64,000 bases of DNA, from assembly GCA_965223005.1 (NCBI GenBank), contig CBDCVK010000005.1, positions 211,025-275,024 on the forward strand, read 5' to 3'. The first letter of the stretch is position 1. Every line of letters starts with the position of its first letter. Shown here in pieces: positions 50,284 to 60,300 of the stretch. Below the pieces are notes generated by a model, which was not told the origin of the DNA, searched no databases, and saw only the letters and a list, made by a program, of their open reading frames with translations. The position numbers and the translations under genes were made by a program. Origin of the DNA: Terriglobia bacterium (GTDB lineage Bacteria; Acidobacteriota; Terriglobia; JAJPHL01; JAPKYU01).

Positions 50284-51660
50284 CTAATTTCTCCTTAATT
50301 GCTCCAGAATAGGCTCGGCCGCCTGGTTCACATTGCCGGCCCCTAGCAGAATGACCGCATCCCCCTCCGTAGCCGTGCCCACGATTTTCTCCGCCGCTGT
50401 GCACGTGTCTCGAACGTATTCTACCGCGCGGTGCCCCAATCGCCGGACCTTTTCCACCAGTAACTCCGCTGTCACTCCCTCGATCTCCGGCTCGCTGGCC
50501 GGATAGATGTCCAACACCCAGAGCTGGTCACTCTGGAAGAAGCAGCCGGCAAACTCCTCCAACAGGAATTTGGTGCGGGTATAGCGGTGCGGCTGGAACA
50601 GCACCAGGACCCGGCGAAAGCCGCAGTCCCGTGCGGCGCTAAGCGTGGCGCGGATTTCCGTGGGGTGGTGCCCATAGTCATCAATCACGGTCACGCCGTT
50701 GGCCTTCCCGCGCACCTGGAAGCGGCGGTCGACACCCGCAAAGGCGGCCAGCCCTTCGGCAATCAAGGGCGGGGCGACCCCCAGTTCCAGTGCGATCAGC
50801 ACAGCAGCCATGGCGTTGGAAACGTTATGGTGGCCAGGAATGTTCAGAGTGAACCGGCCCAGATCGCTTCCGCGGAATCTCAGCCGGAACTGGCTGCGGA
50901 ATGGGCTGCAGGAAATCTCTTTGGCTGCCAGATTGGCTTGCTGGGTGGTGCCGTAAGTGAGCAGGCGCTTGTTCAGGCGCGGCAGAACGGCCTGGATGTT
51001 GCGCTCATCCAGGGCCAGCACGACCGCGCCATAGAAAGGCACACGCTGAGCAAACTGCACATAGGCGTCCTGAATGGCGGCCAGATCAGCGTAATGTTCC
51101 AGGTGCTCGCGGTCAATGTTGGTGATCACCGCCAGGATGGGCGCCAGGTGGAGAAATGAGCCGTCGCTTTCGTCCGACTCGACCACCATGAGGTCCCCCG
51201 ATCCCAGTCGGGCGTTGCTGCCGATAGCGTTGACTCGCCCGCCCGCCACCACCGTGGGGTCCAGCCCAGCGTGCTGGAGTATGGCCGCGATCATCGATGT
51301 GGTGGTGGTCTTGCCGTGCGAGCCGGCCACGGCCACCCCGTACTTCAGGCGCATCAGTTCCGCCAGCATCTCCCCGCGTGGGATCAGCGGGATTTGCAGC
51401 CGGCGCGCTTCCAGGACTTCCGCGTTGCTGGGCGGCACGGCCGAGCTTGTGACCACCAGGTCGGCGCCGTGCACCTGCTCGGCGCGGTGCCCCTCGAACA
51501 CGCGCGCGCCCAGCTTCTCCAGGCGGTCGGTAACCCCCGACCGCCGCAGGTCAGAGCCGCTGATCCGGTAAGGTCCCAGCGACAATAGAATTTCGGCGAT
51601 GCCGCTCATGCCGATCCCGCCGATCCCGATGAAGTGAATCCGTTGTGCCTTAAGGAACAT
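50284..51660 (-). CDS. murC: UDP-N-acetylmuramate--L-alanine ligase
   Basis: GIGGIGMSG, GSHGKTTT, ESDESD, DDYGHHPTE, FQPHRY. Confidence 0.97.
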   Translation of the reverse strand: MFLKAQRIHFIGIGGIGMSGIAEILLSLGPYRISGSDLRRSGVTDRLEKLGARVFEGHRAEQVHGADLVVTSSAVPPSNAEVLEARRLQIPLIPRGEMLAELMRLKYGVAVAGSHGKTTTTSMIAAILQHAGLDPTVVAGGRVNAIGSNARLGSGDLMVVESDESDGSFLHLAPILAVITNIDREHLEHYADLAAIQDAYVQFAQRVPFYGAVVLALDERNIQAVLPRLNKRLLTYGTTQQANLAAKEISCSPFRSQFRLRFRGSDLGRFTLNIPGHHNVSNAMAAVLIALELGVAPPLIAEGLAAFAGVDRRFQVRGKANGVTVIDDYGHHPTEIRATLSAARDCGFRRVLVLFQPHRYTRTKFLLEEFAGCFFQSDQLWVLDIYPASEPEIEGVTAELLVEKVRRLGHRAVEYVRDTCTAAEKIVGTATEGDAVILLGAGNVNQAAEPILEQLRRN

Positions 51661-52771
51661 GCAAGGCTACCCTTTCCAACACGTCCACGGTTCTGGCCAC
51701 GGCGCCCGGTTGACCTCGCGCGCGCGAATTCTGTTCCATCTCACCCAGGCGGGGCATCAGCTCGCACACATGGGCAAATAGCCGTTGCCCGTCGAGTTCG
51801 CTGTCTGGCAGAACACGGGCCGCGCCACTCCGCTCCAGCGCCTGCGCATTCTGCAGTTGGTGGTCGTCTGCGGCGAAGGGGAAAGGAACCAGGATGGCCG
51901 CCTTGCCCGCGGCGGTGATCTCGGCCACGGTGCTCGCGCCGGCGCGACACACCAGCAAATCGGCGCGAGCAAACGCGGCAGGCATGTCCTCAACAAACGG
52001 CAAAACCTCTGCCTGACCGGCCAGCCCGTTTCGGGCGAAGGACGCTTGGACATCGGGGTAGTCCTTCTCACCGGTCTGGTGGATGAAAAAAAGAGAGCTA
52101 TTTTCCCTAGCGCTCTCCGAGCCCCCAGAGACAGAGGGGGAGGCCTGTCCCCACTGAGCGAACAGCGGTAGGCTATCCATCACGGCGCGGTTGATGCGGT
52201 GCGCGCCCTGGCTGCCCCCGAAGATCAGGATGGTGAATGGCGGCTGGTGGGTTTTCGGCGGCACGGCGAAGAACTCGGGCCGTACCGGCACCCCTACGAT
52301 TTCCACACGACTGGCGGGGAAGAAGCGCTGAGTTTCGGCGAACGTTACCAGTGCCCGCGAGACAAACGGCGCAATGGCCCGGTTGGCAAGGCCGGGCACA
52401 GCGTTGGGTTCGTGTATCACCACGGGGATGTTCCTCATCGCCGCCATCAGCAAGACCGGCCCGGAGGCATAACCGCCAAGACCGTAAGCCACCTGAGGCT
52501 GAAAGGCATCCAGGACGCGTCCTGCCTGCCAAAAGCTGTAGGGTAGGCGAAGCAGCGTGGTAGCGGCCTTCCCAGCACCGACCCTGTTCAGAGCGCCCAC
52601 CTCAATCGTTTCCAGGGGAAGGCCGTAGCGGGCAGCCAGGCGCGCTTCCAGCCCGCCTCGGGTGCCCACCAGCAGCGGGACCTCGTATCCGCGCCGCCGT
52701 AGCTCGCTCGTCACCGCCAGGGCCGGAACCAAGTGGCCCCCGGTGCCGCCCCCTGCGATGATCACCCGCAT
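51650..52771 (-). CDS. murG: Lipid II GlcNAc transferase
   Basis: GGGTGGH, GGYAS, HEPN, GGSQGA, RAGAST, HQ. Confidence 0.97.
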   Translation of the reverse strand: MRVIIAGGGTGGHLVPALAVTSELRRRGYEVPLLVGTRGGLEARLAARYGLPLETIEVGALNRVGAGKAATTLLRLPYSFWQAGRVLDAFQPQVAYGLGGYASGPVLLMAAMRNIPVVIHEPNAVPGLANRAIAPFVSRALVTFAETQRFFPASRVEIVGVPVRPEFFAVPPKTHQPPFTILIFGGSQGAHRINRAVMDSLPLFAQWGQASPSVSGGSESARENSSLFFIHQTGEKDYPDVQASFARNGLAGQAEVLPFVEDMPAAFARADLLVCRAGASTVAEITAAGKAAILVPFPFAADDHQLQNAQALERSGAARVLPDSELDGQRLFAHVCELMPRLGEMEQNSRARGQPGAVARTVDVLERVALHVP

Positions 52772-52820
52772 CTAAGTCCAGCCCCGTAGCGCCCCGCTTC
52801 TTCTGAATCCCACTCGGCAT

Positions 52821-53912
52821 TCATTCGGTGTGCTGCGTCACGTTCAGCAGCAGGCCTATGGAAAGCAGGCTGAACAGCAGCGAGCTGCCCCCGTAGGAAA
52901 TGAACGGGAGCGGGATGCCTTTGGTGGGCATCATGCCCAGCACCACACTGATGTTGACCAGTGCCTGGCCCACGATCATGATGGTGAGGCCGGCGGCCAG
53001 GTAGCGCCCGAACAGATCCGGGGCGCGCAACGAAGCCCGCAGCCCGCGCCAAAGCAGCACGCCAAAGCCAGCGACCAGGGCGAGCGCCCCCAGCAGACCC
53101 AGTTCCTCGGCGGCCACAGCGAAGATAAAGTCTGTGTGGGGGGCCGGCAGGTAAAACAGCTTCTGGCGTCCTTCCATCAAGCCCAGGCCGGTCAAGCCGC
53201 CAGTGCCCACGGCAATCAGCGACTGAATCACCTGGAAGCCCTTACCTTGCGGGTCCGCGTAGGGGTCCAGGAAGCCCGCGATGCGGTTCTGGCGGTAGGG
53301 CACGCGCCAGATCAGCAGGTAGAAGGCGGGGATAGCCGCCAAGGCCAGGGCAGCAAAGTAACGGAGGCGCAAGCCGGCCAGGAAGAACAGGCCGCTGGCA
53401 GTGAGCAGGATGGCGACTGCAGTTCCCAGGTCCGGTTCCTTCAAGATGAGCACCACTGCTGCGCCTACCACCAGGCCGGCCGGCAGCAGTGTATACAGCA
53501 GGTCGTTGACCGCGGGACTGCGCCGCTCCAAAAGCCAGGCCAGAAACAGCACCAGTACGGGTTTGGACAGCTCCGACGGCTGAAAGGAAAACGCGCCCCA
53601 GCGGAACCACCGGTGCGTGCTGTGCGAGCTATCGAACATCAGCACGGCAACCAGCAGCGCCAGCGTCACTGAGAGAGAAAAGAAGATGAAGGCAGGGTGG
53701 CGGTAGCTGCGGTAGTCGATGCGCATCACCGCCAACATGACCACCAGGCCCCCGGCGGCCCAAGCCAGTTGCCGCGCCAGAAACATGTAGGCGTTGCCAA
53801 ACCGGTCATTCGAGAGCACGGCCGAAGCGCTGAACACCATCACTAGCCCAAACACCACCAGAGCCAGCGTGGTGACGAACAGAATGCGATCGGACTGAAG
53901 GCGCTTCGCCAT
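52821..53912 (-). CDS. ftsW: SEDS peptidoglycan polymerase FtsW
   Basis: RW, FQPSE, EPDLGT, PHTDFIF, EELG, KGIPLPFISYGGS. Confidence 0.96.
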   Translation of the reverse strand: MAKRLQSDRILFVTTLALVVFGLVMVFSASAVLSNDRFGNAYMFLARQLAWAAGGLVVMLAVMRIDYRSYRHPAFIFFSLSVTLALLVAVLMFDSSHSTHRWFRWGAFSFQPSELSKPVLVLFLAWLLERRSPAVNDLLYTLLPAGLVVGAAVVLILKEPDLGTAVAILLTASGLFFLAGLRLRYFAALALAAIPAFYLLIWRVPYRQNRIAGFLDPYADPQGKGFQVIQSLIAVGTGGLTGLGLMEGRQKLFYLPAPHTDFIFAVAAEELGLLGALALVAGFGVLLWRGLRASLRAPDLFGRYLAAGLTIMIVGQALVNISVVLGMMPTKGIPLPFISYGGSSLLFSLLSIGLLLNVTQHTE

Positions 53913-53999
53913 TTTTATCTAGGGCTTTGTCTAGGGCCTCGCTTTACCAGGCGGTGAAGACCCGCAGGTCCGGCGTCACTCAAGAATCGCCGAGTCATT

Positions 54000-55448
54000 T
54001 CAAGGCCTCCGGGGCGCGCTGGCGTGCTGTTCAGCCAATTTCTCTACCAGCTGCTTGAACACCCGGCCGCGGTGCTCGTAGTTTTCAAATTGGTCGAAGC
54101 TGGCGCAGGCCGGCGCCAGCAACACCACGTCGCTGGGCCGGGCACGCCGGGCGGCTTCCGGAACCGCAGCCTCCATGGTACCGGCGCGCACCATCGGGAC
54201 AGCTTCGCCCAGCTGCAAAGCGATCTTGTCGGCGGCAGCCCCGATCAGCAGCGCGCCGCGCGCCTTCTGTGCCATTAGAGGCTGCAAGGGCGTGTAGTCG
54301 CTCCCCTTGTCCAGGCCACCCAGGATCACCCATAAGCGTCCCGGGAAGGCCTCCAGGGCCTTGATGGTGGCATCCACGTTCGTGGCTTTTGAATCATTGT
54401 AAAACTCAACGCCGTTAATGGTGGCTACGTATTCCAGACGGTGTTCGACGGCGCGGAATGCACGCACTCCGGCGCGAATCATCCGAGGGTCCGCGCCAAG
54501 CAGTGTCGCCGCACAGACCGCGGCCAGGACGTTCTCCACGTTGTGAGCGCCCTTCAGCTGAATCTCCTCCACTCCAAACAGAGTGTAGGGTGGTGCTGGA
54601 AGGGCATCCTTCCCTTCCCTTTCACTTTGGGGATGCACTGACCTCCCCGGAGAGGAAACACCGCTTGCCCCACTGAACACGACGTCGCCATCCTCAACGA
54701 AAGCGCCCGCCTCCACCGTGTGGCTTCGGCTGAACCAGCCCACCCGGGCACGGGTCTGCGCAGCATAGCTCCGACAGCAGGCGTCATCGGCATTCAGGAC
54801 CGCGAAATCTTCCTCGGTTTGGTTGAGGAAAATGCGAGCCTTGGCTTCAGAGTAACTCTCGAACGAGCGGTGGCGGTCCAGGTGGTCCGGGGTCACGTTT
54901 AAGACCATGGAAAGCGCAGGGCGAAACTGATCTATCGTTTCCAGCTGGAAGCTGGACACCTCGACCACGTGGACGCTCTCCGGCCGGGAGGTTTCCACCA
55001 GCGAACTCAGCGGTCGGCCGATGTTGCCGCCCACCTGGACGGTGAAGCCCGCAGTCTCCAGGATGTTGCCCAGCAGTGTGGTGGTCGTTGTTTTCCCATT
55101 GGAGCCGGTGATCGCAACGATTCGCCCCTGAAGAAAGCGAGAAGCCAACTCCATTTCGCCAATCACAGGCATTCCGGCGGCCCTCGCCTCCGCGAGCTCA
55201 GGCAGCTTGGTGGGGACACCGGGGCTCACCACCACCAGATCCTGCTCCAGGAAGGTCCGCTTGCTGTGTCCGCCGGTCTCCAGCTTCACGCCAAGTTCGC
55301 GTGCCAACTGCCGGGCTTCGGGCAGCTCTTCCGCTGGCCGCCGATCAGAGAGAGTGACATGGGCCCCGTGAGCCAGCAGGAAACGCGCAGCGGCAACTCC
55401 ACTAAGCGCCGCTCCAACGACCAACACCCGCCGCCCTGCGATTTGCAC
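54000..55448 (-). CDS. murD: UDP-MurNAc-L-Ala--D-Glu ligase
   Basis: SPGVP, TGSNGKTTT, EVSSFQLE, DHLDRH, HRLE, NDSKATN, PACASFDQF. Confidence 0.97.
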   Translation of the reverse strand: MQIAGRRVLVVGAALSGVAAARFLLAHGAHVTLSDRRPAEELPEARQLARELGVKLETGGHSKRTFLEQDLVVVSPGVPTKLPELAEARAAGMPVIGEMELASRFLQGRIVAITGSNGKTTTTTLLGNILETAGFTVQVGGNIGRPLSSLVETSRPESVHVVEVSSFQLETIDQFRPALSMVLNVTPDHLDRHRSFESYSEAKARIFLNQTEEDFAVLNADDACCRSYAAQTRARVGWFSRSHTVEAGAFVEDGDVVFSGASGVSSPGRSVHPQSEREGKDALPAPPYTLFGVEEIQLKGAHNVENVLAAVCAATLLGADPRMIRAGVRAFRAVEHRLEYVATINGVEFYNDSKATNVDATIKALEAFPGRLWVILGGLDKGSDYTPLQPLMAQKARGALLIGAAADKIALQLGEAVPMVRAGTMEAAVPEAARRARPSDVVLLAPACASFDQFENYEHRGRVFKQLVEKLAEQHASAPRRP

Positions 55449-55450
55449 GG

Positions 55451-56584
55451 TTACCTCAGCTTCAACGTTGTGAGAGCAAACAAGGCCAGCAACAGGCCTG
55501 TGATCCAGAAACGAATGATGATCTTGGACTCCCGCCAGCCGATCAGCTCGAAGTGGTGATGCAGCGGCGCCATCTTGAAGATTCGCTTGCCGCGCAACTT
55601 GTAGGAGCCCACCTGAAGGATCACCGAGAGTGCCTCGATCACGAACACGCCGCCAATCAGCGGCAACAACAGTTCCTGCTTAATGATGACGGCGATGGTG
55701 CCGATGGCTCCACCCAGCGCCAGCGAGCCCACGTCGCCCATGAAAATCTCTGCCGGGTGGGCGTTGTACCAGAGAAAGCCAAGGCAGGCGCCGCCCAGCG
55801 CCCCGCAGAAGATGGTGATCTCGGCCACACCTGGCAAGAAATCGATCTCCAGGTAGCGGGCGAAGACCGCGTGCCCGGTCAGATAGGCCAGCGCGGTCAG
55901 TGCCCCGGCGGCGATGATGGTCAGCCCCACCGCCAGGCCGTCCAGCCCGTCGGTCAGGTTCACGGCATTGCTGGACCCCACAATGACCAGCACCACAAAG
56001 AGGGCGAAAAAGGAAACCGCCAACGGGTAGGTGTAATGGTTGGCAAGCAAGCTGTGAATCAACAGGTCGGGCCGGAGGTTCTTGAAAAACGGAACCATCA
56101 AGTGTGTGGAGTATTGTCCCTTGGCCGTCAGCACCAGCAAAAACACAGCCACCAGGAGGCTGGCGAGCACCTGGAGGGAGAACTTGGTCCGTGCCGTCAG
56201 ACCCTTGTTCTGGCGCCCGCGAATCTTCAGGTAATCATCGAGAAACCCGATCAGGCCGAAGCTGGCCACGGAGAAAATCACGATCCAGACGTAGACGTTA
56301 CTGAGGTCGGACCAGAGCAGTGTGGGCACCAGACAGGAGATGAGAATCAGTACGCCGCCCATGGTAGGCGTGCCGGCTTTGAGTTGGTGTCCGTGCGGGC
56401 CATCTTCGCGGATGAACTGGCCGATCTGGAACTCGCGGAGCCGTCGAATCAGCCACGGGCCCAGAATGATGCACAGCAGCAGGGCGGTCACGCCGGCGAA
56501 GGCGGTGCGAAACGTCAGGTAGCGGAAGACACGGAAGGGCGAGAAGTGTTCGTACAGGACCTGATAGAGGAGCCAGTAAAGCAT
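55451..56584 (-). CDS. mraY: Phospho-MurNAc-pentapeptide transferase
   Basis: [37 protein letters not shown]. Confidence 0.97.
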   Translation of the reverse strand: MLYWLLYQVLYEHFSPFRVFRYLTFRTAFAGVTALLLCIILGPWLIRRLREFQIGQFIREDGPHGHQLKAGTPTMGGVLILISCLVPTLLWSDLSNVYVWIVIFSVASFGLIGFLDDYLKIRGRQNKGLTARTKFSLQVLASLLVAVFLLVLTAKGQYSTHLMVPFFKNLRPDLLIHSLLANHYTYPLAVSFFALFVVLVIVGSSNAVNLTDGLDGLAVGLTIIAAGALTALAYLTGHAVFARYLEIDFLPGVAEITIFCGALGGACLGFLWYNAHPAEIFMGDVGSLALGGAIGTIAVIIKQELLLPLIGGVFVIEALSVILQVGSYKLRGKRIFKMAPLHHHFELIGWRESKIIIRFWITGLLLALFALTTLKLR

Positions 56585-56680
56585 TTCCGCAGCTATGAGT
56601 GAAGGGTGAAGAGCCCGGAGCCGAGGGGTTTGAGGATGGATCGTCGGTCGGACCGCTCATTCACTTATTCACCCATCATT

Positions 56681-56713
56681 CATCAGTTTGGCATCAGTCT
56701 GGCATCAGTTTGG
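56681..56713. repeat. Three tandem 11-bp units CATCAGT(T/C)TGG spanning the murF stop
   Basis: catcagtttgg catcagtctgg catcagtttgg. Confidence 0.7.
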
Positions 56714-58088
56714 ACAGCGCGTCTTCCAGTCTGACCCCGCGGGAGCCTTTGAACAACACCAGATCGCCAGGTTGAACCAGAGAAGCCACGTAGTCCCCAG
56801 CCTCGGCGGCCGATCCGAAGAAGGCCAGCCGGCCGCGGTCCAGGCCAGCGGCAGTAGCGCCTTCCACAAGGAAACGGGCATGGCCGCGGACGCCGACGAC
56901 GTGGTCGGCGGCAGCCGCTGCCTGCCGACCGGCCTGCCGGTGCAGTTTGTCCGATGCCGGGCCCAGCTCCAGCATCTCACCCAGAACCGCGATGCGTCGC
57001 CCGCGCGCCGGCGCGCGGGCCAGTGTCTCCAGCATCAACCCCAGCGCCCGGGGGTTGGAGTTGTAGCAATCGTTGAGGATGCCGACGCCGTTGACTTCCA
57101 ACAACTCCCCACGCATTTTCAGCGGCCGAAAAGCCACGAGTGCCGAAGCAGCGCGGTCGGGCGCGATGCCGAGGCTGTGCGCGGTGGCGACGGCGGCCAG
57201 TGCGTTCAACACCTGATGGCGCCCGAGCAGCGGCAGCGCCACCTCCAGCGGGTCACCGGCCCACTCCAGGCGGAAGCGCACGCCGGGCCGGCCGCCCTGG
57301 GTTGAGCCGGTGATGTCGCGGGCGCGAAAATCGGCTGGCTGCTCGATTCCAAACGAGATGGTCTGGCCGGCGAACTGCTGCCCAAACCGGGCGACCAACG
57401 GATCATCGGCGTTGAGCACCGACGTCCCGTTGGCCGGAAGGGCGTAGATGAGTTCCTGTTTGGCTCGGGCGATTTCTTCAATGCCGGAGAAAAACTCCAG
57501 GTGCACCTCGCTGACGCAGGTGACTACGCCCGTCTCGGGCTGAGCGATCCGCGCCAAGTGTGCAATTTCTCCCGCGTGCGACATCGCCAGCTCAAACACG
57601 CCCACCCGGTCGCTTTCTTCAAGGCGAAGCAAGGAGAGTGGCAACCCATATTGGTTGTTCAGGTTGCCCTCACTCTTGCGCACGCGGTAGCTGGTGGCTA
57701 GTGAGGCAGCGATCATCTCCTTAGTACTGGTCTTGCCAGCGCTGCCGGTGACAGCTACCACCGGCCGCCCCCACCGCCAGCGCGCTTCGGCGGCCAGGGT
57801 CTCGAGCGCCCGCTGCGTGCTCGGGACGCGCAGCACTCTGGCCGCATCCTCCTTAGCTACATCCACCGTTCCCCCTTGCAAGTCCCGTTCCACAACGGCA
57901 GCCGTGGCCCCCGCCTTGAGAATGGCCCTGACAAAATCGTGCCCGTCGTAGTGCGGGCCTCGGAGGGCAAAGAACAGTTCCCCGGCCTGGATGGTGCGGG
58001 AATCAATCGAATAGCCCCTCACCGTGGCCTCGGCCACCGGGCCGGGGACGGCCAGAATCTCAGCGATTTGGGCCAGAGTCAGGTTCAC
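56694..58088 (-). CDS. murF: UDP-MurNAc-tripeptide--D-Ala-D-Ala ligase
   Basis: IDSR, TGSAGKTSTKE, NLNN, DCYNSNP, GEMLELG, KGSRG. Confidence 0.96.
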   Translation of the reverse strand: MNLTLAQIAEILAVPGPVAEATVRGYSIDSRTIQAGELFFALRGPHYDGHDFVRAILKAGATAAVVERDLQGGTVDVAKEDAARVLRVPSTQRALETLAAEARWRWGRPVVAVTGSAGKTSTKEMIAASLATSYRVRKSEGNLNNQYGLPLSLLRLEESDRVGVFELAMSHAGEIAHLARIAQPETGVVTCVSEVHLEFFSGIEEIARAKQELIYALPANGTSVLNADDPLVARFGQQFAGQTISFGIEQPADFRARDITGSTQGGRPGVRFRLEWAGDPLEVALPLLGRHQVLNALAAVATAHSLGIAPDRAASALVAFRPLKMRGELLEVNGVGILNDCYNSNPRALGLMLETLARAPARGRRIAVLGEMLELGPASDKLHRQAGRQAAAAADHVVGVRGHARFLVEGATAAGLDRGRLAFFGSAAEAGDYVASLVQPGDLVLFKGSRGVRLEDALSKLMPD

Positions 58089-58317
58089 CGGGCATCACCT
58101 GCGAAGAGAAAGGACCCGCAAGAGCTCCCCTCTAAGAAGTTTACAGGAAGAAGCTTCCCGGCACCAACCCGCGCGCCGGGCTTTTCACTCCTACCAATGC
58201 TGCCTTGCCGGTTTTGCCCATCTTGCCGCTTTTTTGACCGCTGATGGTGACGCGGGCTAGTGTGGTGTCCCCATGAGACGCCTGATAAGGCTGGCCGGAA
58301 AAGCCGCCACTTCGAGC

Positions 58318-58393
58318 TGTCATCCCGAGCATAGCGAGGGACCTTCTTTTCGCAGCCTGGAAAAGCAGATTCCTCGCTTCGCTCGGAACGACA
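58318..58393. repeat. REP-like palindromic element
   Basis: tgtcatcccgagcatagcgaggga...ttcctcgcttcgctcggaacgaca forms a ~24-bp imperfect stem. Confidence 0.75.
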
Positions 58394-58394
58394 A

Positions 58395-60098
58395 TTGGGC
58401 CGTTCCCGGGTCAGGGCGTGTTGCAGTGAGTTGCCGCCCCAGAAAACCGGCGCCAACCCGGTGGAGACCTGGCCGGAGCGCATCGGTGAGATCGTCGGCC
58501 ATCCGGACACCAAAGCAGGCGACCGGCAGTTGCTGGCTATTCCAGGCATCGGTAAGGGCATGGTAGCGCACCTTCGGGAAATCTGCCTCACCGGCGATCT
58601 CACCAGCCGTCGGGAACTGCTCGAGAAATTTCCGACCGGAGTGCTGGAGTTGCTGCGCATCCAGGGCCTGGGACCTAAGAGCATCGCGCTGATCTGGAGC
58701 ACCTATCGGGCGGCAACCCTGAACGAAGTCGAACAACTCTGCCGCGAAGGGAAAATCCGCGAGCTGCCGCGCATGGGCGAGAAGCTGGAACAGAAAATCC
58801 TGAAGGCTATCGAGGCATACCGACTCAGCGCCGGACGCTTCCTGGTGAATGTGGCCGAACAGGCAGCCGAGGAACTGTGCGGCTACCTGCGCCAGGGACC
58901 CGCAACGCAGCAGTTGCAGGTCACCCCGGCAGGCAGTCTACGCCGGGGGAAGGAAACCGTCGGCGATCTGGACGTGCTGGTCACCGGTGGGCAGCCAGAA
59001 GCGCAAATCGAATACCTGCTGAAGTATCAGAAGATCGTAGAAGTCGTGGCCAAGGGGGAGAACAAGGTCAGTGTGAAGCTGCCTCCGGCCATGCAGGTGG
59101 ACGTCCGCTTCCTGGAACCAGCCAGCTATGGCGCGGCGATGCAGTATTTCACCGGCTCCAAAGAACATAACGTGGCGCTGCGCAACCGCGCCATCAAGCT
59201 GGGCCTTAAGCTGAGCGAGTATGGCCTGTTCCAAGCGCGTGACGAAAAGAAGGTGGCAGGCGCCGACGAGGAGGAAATCTATCGCTTGCTCGGCCTGGAC
59301 TACATCCCGCCGGAGCTGCGGGAGAACTGGGGCGAGCTGGAGGCGGCGGCTGAGCACCGCCTGCCCCAGCTGCTGGAACCGGACGACATCCGGGGCGACC
59401 TGCATATGCATACTACCGCCACCGATGGCCGCGCTTCCATTCGCGAGATGGCCGAAGCGGCTCGCGCCCACGGCTACAGCTACATCGCCATCACCGACCA
59501 CTCGAAAGCGCTGGCCATGACCAATGGCCTGGACGAACAGCGTGCTCTGGACCAGATCGAGGAAATTCGCAAGGCAGACGGGCAGGCGGAGGGCATCCGC
59601 ATCCTGGCCGGCATCGAGGTCGACATTCACCGCGACGGACGACTAGACCTGGACGATGAGGTGCTGGCCCAACTCGACATCGTGGTGGCCAGCGTGCATT
59701 CCTACATGAACCTGGAGCAGGCGGAGATGACCGAGCGGCTGCTGCGCGCCTTCGAGAACCGCTATCTGAACGTGCTGGCCCATCCCACCGGGCGGCAGTT
59801 GCTCCACCGCAAGCCGTTTGCGTTCGACCTGGAGCGCGTGCTGGAGGAAGCCGCCCGCCGCAACATCCACCTGGAAATCAACTCCTCGCCCGAGCGGCTC
59901 GACCTGAACGAGCGCCACGCACGCATGGCCAAGGAGCGAGGCGTCAAGATCGTCATCTCCACCGATGCCCATCACCCCAAGCATCTGGATAACATCAAAT
60001 ACGGCGTCAAGGTGGCTCGGCGTGCGTGGCTGGAGCCCGCCAACGTGCTCAACACCCTGGGCCCGGAGCAGTTCCTGCGTGCCCTAGCCCGCAAATGA
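58395..60098 (+). CDS. polX: DNA polymerase X with PHP domain; N-terminus missing or corrupted
   Basis: [58 protein letters not shown]; family similarity starts only around 58460. Confidence 0.88.
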   Translation: MGRSRVRACCSELPPQKTGANPVETWPERIGEIVGHPDTKAGDRQLLAIPGIGKGMVAHLREICLTGDLTSRRELLEKFPTGVLELLRIQGLGPKSIALIWSTYRAATLNEVEQLCREGKIRELPRMGEKLEQKILKAIEAYRLSAGRFLVNVAEQAAEELCGYLRQGPATQQLQVTPAGSLRRGKETVGDLDVLVTGGQPEAQIEYLLKYQKIVEVVAKGENKVSVKLPPAMQVDVRFLEPASYGAAMQYFTGSKEHNVALRNRAIKLGLKLSEYGLFQARDEKKVAGADEEEIYRLLGLDYIPPELRENWGELEAAAEHRLPQLLEPDDIRGDLHMHTTATDGRASIREMAEAARAHGYSYIAITDHSKALAMTNGLDEQRALDQIEEIRKADGQAEGIRILAGIEVDIHRDGRLDLDDEVLAQLDIVVASVHSYMNLEQAEMTERLLRAFENRYLNVLAHPTGRQLLHRKPFAFDLERVLEEAARRNIHLEINSSPERLDLNERHARMAKERGVKIVISTDAHHPKHLDNIKYGVKVARRAWLEPANVLNTLGPEQFLRALARK

Positions 60099-60202
60099 TT
60101 TCTGATTGGTGCTGCCGTGTAGGAACTGGCCTGTCCGCGTAGACAGGCGGGGGAGCCACTAGTAGGACCGCTAGTGTATCGTTGCGGTCGATGTGAAGTT
60201 AT

Positions 60203-60230
60203 TTGGGGCAAGCACATCTGCTTGCCCCAA
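60203..60230. terminator. 12-bp hairpin between convergent polX and pilC (terminator-like or REP-like)
   Basis: TTGGGGCAAGCA-CATC-TGCTTGCCCCAA; no clear U-tract. Confidence 0.5.
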
Positions 60231-60300
60231 CCCCAGCAGTAAGCCCGACTCTCCTTGGCGGACCTTTCCCCTCGGCGGGCGGTCGTTCTCCGACGCCGTC

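Noticed and set aside
56681-56713. Possible CRISPR array
   Set aside because: Units are 11 bp and contiguous, with no spacers and no cas genes.
58085-58702. 205-aa minus-strand ORF overlapping the murF start, as a possible murE
   Set aside because: No Mur ligase motifs; it is antisense polX plus translated REP sequence (CRSERSEES).
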